Source: Lentisphaerota bacterium
GTDB lineage: Bacteria; Verrucomicrobiota; Kiritimatiellia; UBA8416; VGWJ01
Reading direction: 5' to 3'
NCBI GenBank assembly: GCA_016873635.1
Contig: VGWJ01000008.1
Span: 6,078-70,077 of the forward strand
DNA length: 64,000 bases
Shown: in pieces, positions 58,101 through 64,000 of the stretch
Position numbering within the stretch: position 1 is the first letter of the stretch
Layout: the number at the start of each line of letters is the position of its first letter
Position numbers and translations under genes: made by a program
The notes under the pieces: generated by a model
The model's input: the letters and a program-made list of their open reading frames with translations, nothing else
The model's database searches: none
Told to the model about the DNA's origin: nothing

Positions 58101-61100
58101 ATAGTACCACTCCCAGCCGTCCCACATGCCGTCGCCGTCGGTATCGGCGATGACCGGGACGGTGCCGATGCGGTCTTCCTCGATCGCCGGCAGCCAGTCG
58201 CCGTCCGCGTCGCCCAGGAGGCTGTACGGACCGGCAAGGCGGATAACCTTGTTGCCGTCGATGAAGCCGCCGGAGTTCTCCGCGCGCACGCCCCAGTACC
58301 AGACCCGGTCCACGGGCATGTGGGGAACCACGGCCTGCGCGACGTTCGTGACGACGCCGAACTCGTTGCTGAACACCGCGGCGATCGCCGCCGCGTTGCC
58401 GGCGGGCGGGATATTGGTGTCGGCGGGGTCGTAGCCCGTCCCGGGCGTCCGGTAGAGGTGATACTTCATCGCCCCGGCCGGGTTGGGGTCGGGCACCTGG
58501 ATCCAGGTCAGCGTCACGTGCCCGGTAGGCGTCAGTCCGGCCACGGACGACCCGACGGCCGAACGCAGCCCCGCAAAGCGCGGCGGCCCCGAATGACCCA
58601 CCAGGCCGAAGGCCAGGGTCTCGAGCAGACCGTTCCGGAAGTTCATCACCGCCAAGGCGGGAGCCTCGTAAGGGCTGACTGCCATGTCGCAAAGCGTGTT
58701 CTGGGAACCGATCGTCACTGCTCCGGGTGGCGAATCCGCCCCGCCCGCGCCCAGCCACTGCGTACCGTTCCACACCTTGCACAGGATCTGGTTGGTCTCG
58801 CCGCTGCCGTACTGCCAGGAAACGAATACCTTGTTGTTGCGCCAGCCCACCATGGGGTTGAGCACCACGTCGTTCGTGGGGGCGGCAACGCCCGGATACG
58901 TCGCGGATCCGCCCAGGCCGCCGGTGTTCCACGTGGAGCCGTTGGACGAGTAAGCCAGCTTGATGGAACTGGACATTTCGGAAGGCGGTTTGGGCACTTC
59001 CTCCCACACGACGTAGATGCCGTTGGAGCTGTCGCAGGCCACGCGCGGATTGCCGGCGACGGCGCTGGTACCGAGGTCGGTCCCGACCTTGGCCCACGCG
59101 CTTCCGGTCCAGCGGTAGCACTTGACCCGGAACAGGCCGGTCACCAGTTCGCTCCAGACCAGCACGGGCCGGCCCCGCGCGTCGGTCGCCATGTCCAGGG
59201 AGCCGCGCGACACGGAATCGCCCGCCACGTCGACGCGGCCGCTGACAACCTGCGCCGCCGTGAGGCCCTGCCAGGCTCCGGCCGTCGGGTTCCACCGCTT
59301 GACGCGGATGTCTTCGGAGAAGTACGGCGACACGGTCCGCGCCGAGGGGTGGATGTAGGCCACCACGGGCCAGCCGTTGGACCAGATGCCCACCGACGGC
59401 TCGCGCGCGTCGTAGTCCGGCGTGTCGGAGGAGATGCCCAGATCCTGGAAAGAGCCGCCGAGCTGCTCCCACGTCACGCCGTTGAAGTAGCGCATGTAGA
59501 TCGCGTCGGAATAGCTTTCGTCCCAGCTCACCTGCCGCCAGGCCACGAACACGTAGTCGTTGGAGCTGACGGCCACGGAGGGTTCGATCGAGTTCATGCC
59601 CGGGATAACCGACGCGGTGATCGCTTCTTTTTGCCAGTCTCCCATCGCATGACAATGCCACTTGTCGCGGAGCTGCTGCCACGTGCCGAACTGGCTGCCG
59701 TCGCCAAACGGCCCGAACCAGCGCCGCACGAAAACATCGTATATGTCGACCCCTTCTTGGACATGCCTGCCGGAATACACGACCACCGGCGCCCCGTCCT
59801 TGTGGAATGCCAGTTCAGCGGGGCTGTCCTGCCTGGCCCCCATGCTGCCGCCGATGCCGCTGGCGCCCTTCATGATCACCAGCGAGTAGGGCTGGCTGGG
59901 ATTGGGCACCTGGAAGCCCCTGACGTAGACCTTGTACGTGCCCTGCCGGGTGTACGGGATGACGATGTTCTCGACGTTGTTGAAGCGGTCGCCGTAGAGA
60001 ACGTAGTAGAATCCCACCGGATAGCTGGACGAGCCCCAGCCTCGCGGCCCCATCAGGTTGCCGACGTAGACGTTGCCGTCCGGCGCGACCACGTACAGGT
60101 CGAGGTCGTTGATCAGCACGTTGCCCACGCCCGGCGTGGCCGGATAGTCCGACCAGGCCAGCGTGATCCGCAGCCCGCCCTCATGTTCGAAGGGCACGAG
60201 GTAGTCGAAGGTGTTCTCCAGGCCCGTGCCGTCGATGGAGTTCATCTCGTTATGGAGTACCAGCTCGTCAGTGGAGCGCGAACTTGCGCCCTCAATCGAA
60301 CGGAAAATGTCGGCGCGGCCCCATCCGTCGGCGATCTGCGGACGGGTCGGATCGAACTGTCCGTACCAGAACGGGTTCAGTTCCACCGCGCCGTTGACCA
60401 GCATGGCCTTGATCAGAGAAGGGGTGGGCGCTTCGCGATAGACGTTGGTGTACCACTGGTAGATCAGGGCTCCCAGGCCCGCAGTCAGCGGCGAGGCCAT
60501 GGAAGTCCCGCACAACGCCGCGTAGTTCGTCCCCGTGTCCAGGTTGCCGTGACGGTAGTCGTAGTTCGGCATCCCCATAAAAGGCACCGTGTCGAAATTC
60601 ACGTCCTTGCTCTGTATCGACACAACGTATGAACCCGGCGCCACGACGTCTGGCTTGACGCGGCCATCGGGCGTTGGTCCGCAGGAACTATAGCCGGCCA
60701 CCTGCCAGTCGGAGTCCGTCATTTGCGTCGCACCCGGCAGGTTCTTTGCCAGCCGGCGCTGCTCCAGGGCGCCCACAGTGATCACGTTCTTGGCATTGCC
60801 CGGCCAGCACACCGTGCCCGCGGCGCCGCCCGAGCCGTCGTTGGCCCCGCCGCCCTCGTTGCCGGCGGCGAAAAAGACCGCAAAGTGCTGCCTTCCGCCC
60901 GTGTCGGGGTCGGCGTCGCGTACGACTTCGTCCCAGATCCTGGATTCGATGCTGTAGTCGAACGCGGCCGCGCCGACGGCATTCGGGTTGGCGCCCCAAC
61001 TGTTGTTCATCAGCCGCGCGCCCTTGTTGTGGGCCGTCTTGCTCACATAGAGCGTATCGTTCCGTAGGGGGTCATCGCCCGCAGTGCCGATGAAGCCCTC

Positions 61101-62507
61101 GAACATCACCAGGCTGGCCTTGGGGGCGACGCCGGCGAAGTTGCGGTTGGTATAGGGCGCGGCGCCTGAGCCCGGCACGCGGATCACGTTTTCGGACCAC
61201 GCCCCGTTGCCGAGAATGCTGCCGACGACGTGCGAGCCGTGGCCGCCGCTGTCGCCGATGATACCGTCGGCCGCGTAGAAGTTGGGCGCCATCTCGTAGT
61301 GCACGATGCGCGTGTTGTTGTTGGGATAGGAGGTGGCGTTGGTCGGGTTGAGCGAGAACCCCCTGTGCCAGACGTCCGCGCCCGAATCCATGACCGCGAC
61401 GGTCACGCCATCGCCGTCAAGCCCGACTTGGGCGGCGTTGAAGCGCGAAGCGCCGGGTGCGCGCAGAGTCACCCTGGCGAGGTCGTTCAGCAGTTTCGGC
61501 GCCACGCGGGTCTGCACCCACTTGACCGATTCGCACCTGACCACCTGCGCCAGCAGGTCCGGCGAACAGGTCACGTTGGCCATGCGCTCGGCGTCCTTGC
61601 CGTCGTCAAGCGTCACCTTCGCGCCCAGCTTCTTCAGGTCGGCCGCGGGCTCTTCGTCGGGATCGGCCGGCGTGAACAGCAGCACGCTGTACCGGCCCTG
61701 CTCCACGACTTCGCGCGTCTCTTCATCCGGCGCGCCGGTCAGATACGCCTGCACGTCGGCGCTCATCTTGTAGAAGGGATGGAAGGGCTCGACGTAGCGC
61801 ACCGCCGCCAGCGCGCGCACCCGCTCCAGCGTTTCCGCGTCGGCGGTGAGCGCGTAACCGCGGTTGGGGACATAGTGCTCGATCACGGCGCCCGCGGCCT
61901 CGATCTCGGACTTCAGCGCCGCGGACACGGGGTCGTTGAGCAGAACGATGTGCCGGATCGTGTCGGGGCTCGCGCGGAAAGCCTCGGGCACTTCGACCGA
62001 AGCGGCGCCGCCCTCGATCGCGGCCACGTCGATGATCGCGTTGCGCAGCACGATCACGGCCGGATCGCGGCGCAGGGCGGCCAGGGAACGGCCCGAATTG
62101 AACAGCACCCCGCGCGTATGCAGCTCGGCTTTCTCTTCCTCCGACATCGGCTCGGCCCACGTCGGAAGCGCTTTGGCGTCCCAATTCGCCTTGATCGTCT
62201 GGGAGGCGCCTGGGTCGGGTTGGCCGGAAGCCGCCACGGGCTGAGGCGCTCCGACGGAAGCGCCGGCCGCGGCGGGAGCCGCGGAAGGCGGCGCGTCGGG
62301 CGGCGCGGACACGGGATCGGCGTCCTGAGAAGCCGGAACGCCCGCGGCCGGCCCCGCCGCGCCCGCCGGCGACGCCGGGCCGGCGACGCCGCCTCCCCCC
62401 GGCGTCCGCCCGTGCATCACAAAGACCAGAGCCGCCGCGGCCGCCACGACCGCGACGATCAGCACTGCCAGCATCCTGCGCGGTTTCATGCTCATATTCT
62501 TTATCAT
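49197..62507 (-). CDS. giant (4436 aa) N-anchored multidomain surface protein: subtilisin-like S8 peptidase + beta-propeller (BNR/sialidase-like) + numerous TSP3-type Ca-binding repeats + CarboxypepD_reg-like + Kelch-like propeller + choice-of-anchor-J-like (GWYIDDV) modules
   Basis: Single uninterrupted 13.3 kb frame. N-terminal TM MLAVLIVAVVAAAAALVFV + Pro/Ala stalk. S8 triad VAVMDSGAD / GGHGSHVVGS / CGTSMASP. TSP3 repeats (DTDGDGMWDGWE, DSDRDGMGDAYE, DLDGDGLTNWQE, DTDLDGVSDGDE, DPDGDGLTNYEEW, more than 20 copies). Kelch-like LWTLFGGVDGN...WGHGMAEG...LVFGGFD. WxIDDV motifs near the C-terminus. Confidence 0.85.
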   Translation of the reverse strand: MIKNMSMKPRRMLAVLIVAVVAAAAALVFVMHGRTPGGGGVAGPASPAGAAGPAAGVPASQDADPVSAPPDAPPSAAPAAAGASVGAPQPVAASGQPDPGASQTIKANWDAKALPTWAEPMSEEEKAELHTRGVLFNSGRSLAALRRDPAVIVLRNAIIDVAAIEGGAASVEVPEAFRASPDTIRHIVLLNDPVSAALKSEIEAAGAVIEHYVPNRGYALTADAETLERVRALAAVRYVEPFHPFYKMSADVQAYLTGAPDEETREVVEQGRYSVLLFTPADPDEEPAADLKKLGAKVTLDDGKDAERMANVTCSPDLLAQVVRCESVKWVQTRVAPKLLNDLARVTLRAPGASRFNAAQVGLDGDGVTVAVMDSGADVWHRGFSLNPTNATSYPNNNTRIVHYEMAPNFYAADGIIGDSGGHGSHVVGSILGNGAWSENVIRVPGSGAAPYTNRNFAGVAPKASLVMFEGFIGTAGDDPLRNDTLYVSKTAHNKGARLMNNSWGANPNAVGAAAFDYSIESRIWDEVVRDADPDTGGRQHFAVFFAAGNEGGGANDGSGGAAGTVCWPGNAKNVITVGALEQRRLAKNLPGATQMTDSDWQVAGYSSCGPTPDGRVKPDVVAPGSYVVSIQSKDVNFDTVPFMGMPNYDYRHGNLDTGTNYAALCGTSMASPLTAGLGALIYQWYTNVYREAPTPSLIKAMLVNGAVELNPFWYGQFDPTRPQIADGWGRADIFRSIEGASSRSTDELVLHNEMNSIDGTGLENTFDYLVPFEHEGGLRITLAWSDYPATPGVGNVLINDLDLYVVAPDGNVYVGNLMGPRGWGSSSYPVGFYYVLYGDRFNNVENIVIPYTRQGTYKVYVRGFQVPNPSQPYSLVIMKGASGIGGSMGARQDSPAELAFHKDGAPVVVYSGRHVQEGVDIYDVFVRRWFGPFGDGSQFGTWQQLRDKWHCHAMGDWQKEAITASVIPGMNSIEPSVAVSSNDYVFVAWRQVSWDESYSDAIYMRYFNGVTWEQLGGSFQDLGISSDTPDYDAREPSVGIWSNGWPVVAYIHPSARTVSPYFSEDIRVKRWNPTAGAWQGLTAAQVVSGRVDVAGDSVSRGSLDMATDARGRPVLVWSELVTGLFRVKCYRWTGSAWAKVGTDLGTSAVAGNPRVACDSSNGIYVVWEEVPKPPSEMSSSIKLAYSSNGSTWNTGGLGGSATYPGVAAPTNDVVLNPMVGWRNNKVFVSWQYGSGETNQILCKVWNGTQWLGAGGADSPPGAVTIGSQNTLCDMAVSPYEAPALAVMNFRNGLLETLAFGLVGHSGPPRFAGLRSAVGSSVAGLTPTGHVTLTWIQVPDPNPAGAMKYHLYRTPGTGYDPADTNIPPAGNAAAIAAVFSNEFGVVTNVAQAVVPHMPVDRVWYWGVRAENSGGFIDGNKVIRLAGPYSLLGDADGDWLPAIEEDRIGTVPVIADTDGDGMWDGWEWYYSTNNGAVSPLVALYQGANPGYQTHTNALTMNPFDNGTDNLSTTNAADGKAAQKPYSDLEGDGLLNIEEFAYWRDHTGTGKWSVAAGANPTNWWLDPTRGDSDRDGMGDAYETFNQLDPGNPADRYGDLDGDGLTNWQEHAYGTDPNFTDTDLDGVSDGDEVLVFGTHPRSSDTDGDGLDDSMELAANGNPLDQDGNDNDIADGMEWQLGYNNVGTNNPVVFILPDLSGRPMIEDCETPSHTNWLTSVYRSMWHRTRTEPRSQVPPAGAAYPIDVLYKHSTNHAFRFANDVADGTNFNATYFQKGQWVRGELVSPVFNANSNRVVNLYVSWNEYYETEAGWDMCEVFARSELTRDTWLAVRPDVSGVSSGWVHRVADLSAPELSLGTNVQLMFKFECENTINNQFRGWWVDDIKVYAGTYVEGFVRDLNGAPIRDARVMAIGRTMTNVVHGHAYEYPGAVFAFGVADKSGRYRIEGLPLGHYQVKAEASGFRPEFWNGVLYTNANFWEAFGQQINAGVYNLSEATNGRLALLDHRAFQRADFEIGGGANLGRIGVLFTNRPTRVYVGQYVTNAFVWDGGTNAPGGSNDHWRAYTTTNLAGGKNWPEPDYYSNPVAPALIDNASPGDHQLWFRPGWPDMPLVSRVKLPVRGGEMSVVTLRTNQAPVQLDVRAEVGGYRIWLDGADTGVATPGNFHPVRFDVLTGDHLVHLVASNATDRRVAPKEITIPVTERGIVWFPASETEASLGRLLVRAQDVFGNEITNATVYLDGLPLASNEVVGPYLGTPVTVSNLVIGAHWVTCNKDGYRYGAPQAVGVYTGGTPQVIYRMHEADGDYDDVGDALEMESYTNVFKYSGRDDPDGDGLASIVEWEAFLQHGVRMGLFDPDTDDDELTDGEELNYDYRTNTYAISTLATNATLPDSGIGVWFRGRFLEGVSAFPVTGDFTPGNVRLSIQGDQVMPTGVMWMHDRFDTPIVFYSLPTFGPSEAIPDASYLPGTIVFGDTYPNRADSDGDGMWDGWEHWFSYRTVGIPRTNIFGADPPIVEYSDVGLNPLNRGERESDPDFDGLVNIREFEGADETANTNDWTRPDDQDTDKDHMPDGWERQFSLDPRNPADAHDDPDGDTLPNLEEWQSDTDPRNPDTDMDMIQDGLEVYVYWTDPTLQDTDLDGLMDGQEVVDTDLDAGNGLDRGFFPDWNGGDMDQDGFVDGPTDWDTDGDGMPDGFEVMDAMGNIRPVGLRLNPSDPEDADEDPDGDGLTNYEEWLVRDGRLGLTPGMFLGEIPVFGETGGVVVVEMESIPQWDSWQTETAYPDYRGTAYRTYRGPSVTAEPYVPFVNNPYYIDTRLAGTYTFQLRHRHQNANPGVENACWVRVDGPDSEWRWTVSSGSVTSWVYTTAQYTNGVPVPNTYTLLPGRHTIEIRGGLTNASYDRFHLYHPIASPPGPGVLESPVVGYVSVEIIWDYPTEPFNADSDGDGMPDGWEAWHGLHPRDPIPAPEELGLGEVLRYWALWRYNDLDEDGVENINEYNYRFVLDADANPNAIVGSLHPWYPDTDEDTLVDGEEIKLHRTHPVDQDTDGDGIYDGELPGAELREVNTFLGSPDHLDRALNDLWALVRPIGGLTAWVRIFPDRDVLYADTYDEAGNGYVVVEFENVPYDNPGEAVKNRIIPTLWSQGTDGPTTYLEYHGFASAPFLDGAPSPFDVPDDPDQLLLYRINVEQAGAYRFIARTYYDMGFVDPYDPYDNHSYWLRVDSGQWRKLTSDTPDGGGGRGGAWNWYTRQVYGATADRPRGYLMDVIVPLTEGVHTISISGRSYGMRFDRFVFHNDRVDGQDPSLISPITSTNAMTPSRRWGGGAGQSVFNIIDDDGRGGPGTYVGGLVYGNAVRDQHLLGCNTFMIFGGRDGAEFFDEIWEIKQLAMWDLQRVGVLEGLAYGFRALPTASDGIMVASRLELNSGIGYGRSPAPVDLVGRPRPGSMPGYLYYDGDQGTEPLAIWGEAGRDNSSRTSFITGWHLDDTLGPKYAYEGGLPHDYAEDYQGGSVRLHYNPYYIPRDDTTEIVYQWGSRADAYQTNRLALPIIPVSANQRVMLGAAGPASNDVYYTGVNIGPVLNTRYDYASPDSVIAVLQLTAATRRTNEFEVLVVGELSRDEKGVSAEEPQEHALLTSPTDYATNPPCVRYITKPLDPEWVFNTTSVVVTIPPAEVGDAVFIDVTAAVREMFEAVDGSAPPPAEWELGGNMGFVFVGLTNSPGVLSFWHDSARLRITIAEPRWWRPASEIWVPLFPLPTPHRRKSAAMEYDNFNELWTLFGGVDGNRVLDDTWVSATALSWTQIYPLHRPPARWGHGMAEGATGMLVFGGFDRNNKPLNDLWHWDGFDWTQIDVFADTGRIPPVYTIDKPPPRGGMAFGTYAGGIPAVFGGTDGKRYFNDTWILQEAGVAYVGDTNEISAVVSDGWRWILTEPSGEMAHPFNLRPSPVARAYPFVGDDYGGPPVMLMFGGRCGTLPTAEDTDGDWVEDGKEMALGGPAAGRDPRANGLVIASAAMNTTAPEKVPYNYRKLGGMTYVPGAGPMRLNFIADFESAYHPHTGINAEFFEAIYAGHPGEGRRTPPPTPPNEWIETGFQGIYAQSIELWWHRFGAFPPDDPRDEWELGSPAGTGDNMAPRKAHSGRWCYGTDLDGSYENNAIMDLYSPLLSFDVPPSYTYRWLPDSSPIPNTNRWFLVFHEWLDLADDNDWVSVEMVRPGTQADILQRTGGTAPPRPPITIVSRRNSFANTTGEWRRVIAPITVTETNVYLKFMLTSDGQGRAGGWYIDDVAIMQGGEISGTYLDAGDVYLLGAVGTNLMQRYTPNNGVYVFELLPAGEYRVATGDGSWPVGLVPSGDGTWRVRLPALTVNEIVLGISINSPALISWNAMVGGIYEVQCATPQSLPTADAWTPIATVIAEDETAGYVDWDSEIEPARMYRIVFKGMNGL

Positions 62508-62600
62508 CCCATCACTGCCGTCCGGTGACGGATTCCAGACAACACAGTTGATGTCTAATCTACCGCCATGCGATGTCTGTCCGCAAGAAAAACCCTTTCC

Positions 62601-63092
62601 TCAATGCTTGTCCGCGGCCGGCCTCCCTCCACCCTGGCCGGCGATCTTCAGGCCCTCGGCCCGGATGTCGTTCAACAGGAGTTGCTCCCGGTCCTTGAGC
62701 CGTGACAGCCGCTCGTAGGCCGCGCGGCGTTCCTCCTTGATGGCCTTCATCTCGGGTGTGGTCATCAGCATCTCGTTAAGTTGCCTGCGTTTCTCCACGG
62801 TTTTCCGCTCCAGCTCGACAATCTCTTCGTATATGGCCTTGGCCTGCGCGTTGGTGTAAACCACGTCGTGATTGAACCGGAAAAAACGCTTGTTGGCCTC
62901 ATCCGCCGCTTTCCGCGCCTGCTCCATGTCCTCCCGCGTCCGCGCCAGCTCCGCCGTCAACACGTCGATGCGATTGGTCGCGCCCTCCACGACCGCGGCC
63001 GCCATGAACAGCCCGGCCGCCACGAGTCCGCCAAGCAGCGAACGGCGGCCCGCCGGCGCTTTCCCGCTTGCAGTTCCGTCGTTCATTGTCAC
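62601..63092 (-). CDS. small membrane-anchored coiled-coil protein (163 aa), upstream of and co-oriented with the giant gene
   Basis: N-terminal TM LLGGLVAAGLFMAAAVV. Remainder is heptad-rich (ELARTREDMEQARKAADEANKRF...). Confidence 0.55.
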   Translation of the reverse strand: MTMNDGTASGKAPAGRRSLLGGLVAAGLFMAAAVVEGATNRIDVLTAELARTREDMEQARKAADEANKRFFRFNHDVVYTNAQAKAIYEEIVELERKTVEKRRQLNEMLMTTPEMKAIKEERRAAYERLSRLKDREQLLLNDIRAEGLKIAGQGGGRPAADKH

Positions 63093-63348
63093 AGCTTGAT
63101 TCTAGGCCCTATCCCGCGGACGTTCAACGCGCGAATTGTCAAGAAACTGTACCCTCGCCGCCGCCGCGGCCATGGGCCCCCACCCTGTCGTCTGAAGCCT
63201 ACCGTCCCTTCCCCGCAGAGGCCTTCCGCCGACACAACGTTACCACACAATAGAGAGAAAGCACCAGTCGTGCCAAATCCACGCCAATATGGAAAGAGGT
63301 CATAGAAGACAGCCGGCAACCACTAGATACTGGTGCGAGATGCACGCA

Positions 63349-63385
63349 TTGACACTTGACACGAGGGCTTATGTGCGTGCATAAT
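63349..63385 (+). promoter_or_regulatory. near-consensus sigma70 promoter: duplicated TTGACA, 18-bp spacer, CATAAT; -10 ends 9 nt before the ATG (leaderless or very short leader)
   Basis: cattgacacttgacacgagggcttatgtgcgtgcataatgcgcgcatcATG read directly. Confidence 0.5.
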
Positions 63386-63394
63386 GCGCGCATC

Positions 63395-64000
63395 ATGGTT
63401 GCTGAAGGTTTACTTGAGCCGCGGCTCAATCAGTACGTTGACCGGTACGTCACGACTGACGCGCCTCTTCACGACATTCTTGTTTCCGCGCCGGTTCCGC
63501 GCTCCCCGCTGGTGCAATCGTTGCTTTACATTGAAGAGTGTCTGGCCGGGCGACGCCTGGCCAAGAACGCCATAGACGCGGCGGAGCAGGTTCCGCTGAA
63601 GGGCAACGATCCCGAGCTGCTGGTGTTGATGCTCAGCCGCTGGGCCGAGCTGTCGTGCCGCATCGGCCGCCCCACGGAGGCGGAGGCCCTTGTCAACCGC
63701 GCCGCGTCGCTGATCGCCGACGGCACCCATCCCGTCATCCGGGCCGTCGCCACGTTCGTGGAGAGCGTGCTGGCCGACACCACCGGCAACAAGGCGCGCC
63801 GGGAGGCGCTGCTGGGCGAGATCATTGCGTCGCTGCCCGCGCATTCGCCGCGGCGCAAGTTCTACGTCATCGAGCTGGCCATGGCCCTCGCCCAGCAGGG
63901 CCGCGGCGTCGAGGCCCGCGACGCGCTGCGCGAGCTGGCCTGGCAGTGCAACGAACGGCTGGACATCGCCAACGTGCAGCTCGTGGAGTTCGTCGACGCC
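63395..64000 (+). CDS. 3'-partial CDS of unknown function (soluble, helix-rich; open to window end)
   Basis: ATG 63395 opens a frame with no stop through 64000 (MVAEGLLEPRLNQYVDRYVTTDAPLHDILVS...). Sits right after the strong promoter. Not in the ORF track because it lacks a stop. Confidence 0.5.
   Translation, partial: MVAEGLLEPRLNQYVDRYVTTDAPLHDILVSAPVPRSPLVQSLLYIEECLAGRRLAKNAIDAAEQVPLKGNDPELLVLMLSRWAELSCRIGRPTEAEALVNRAASLIADGTHPVIRAVATFVESVLADTTGNKARREALLGEIIASLPAHSPRRKFYVIELAMALAQQGRGVEARDALRELAWQCNERLDIANVQLVEFVDA

Overview
This is a high-GC (~70%) bacterial chromosomal segment. Its gene content (SBBP-repeat, SHD1, FGE-domain and TSP3-repeat giant surface proteins) resembles PVC-type lineages; that lineage guess is inference only. 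Contents in order: (1) a palindromic tandem-repeat tract; (2) a truncated beta-helix adhesin gene fragment abutting a ~2.9 kb IS481-like insertion with two DDE transposase genes and two small HTH ORFs; (3) an N-anchored SBBP beta-propeller / FGE(SUMF1)-domain surface protein with an acidic tail encoded by a GAR trinucleotide repeat; (4) an envelope/LPS cluster: polytopic GT-C-like membrane protein, O-antigen-ligase-family protein with TPR tail, two tandem paralogous small membrane proteins, and Kdo transferase waaA; (5) xerC-topA-dprA; (6) a bacterial homologue of the Hedgehog N-terminal 'Hedge' zinc-peptidase-like signalling domain, with signal-anchor and Pro-rich stalk; (7) an SHD1-domain secreted protein; (8) a 2-hydroxyacyl-CoA-dehydratase-like protein with a BadF/BcrA/HgdC-type activase; (9) a complete selenocysteine locus (tRNA-Sec, selA, selB, selD), in which SelD has a Cys-rich N-terminal extension and is fused in-frame to an AhpD-like (CMD family) domain that keeps its own RBS and Met; (10) trpB2-type protein, tRNA-Leu(CAA), and a nudix-folC-comF-mtnP-lpxL operon with a short gap and one ATGA-overlapping junction; (11) tRNA-Lys(UUU), rnc, xerD, an HMA-like lipoprotein, ilvD; (12) a second FGE-domain adhesin-like lipoprotein; (13) proS, an HU-family protein and hisS flanked by TCAGG-type micro-repeat tracts, aspS, an L,D-transpeptidase and a Thr-rich lipoprotein; (14) a single 13.3 kb gene (4436 aa) encoding an N-anchored subtilisin-like protease fused to beta-propeller, TSP3-type Ca-binding, CarboxypepD_reg-like, Kelch-like and choice-of-anchor-like modules; (15) a small coiled-coil membrane protein and a 3'-partial gene with a near-consensus, apparently leaderless sigma70 promoter. 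No CRISPR array, rRNA or recognisable defence system was found. The many long antisense ORFs are GC-composition artefacts.
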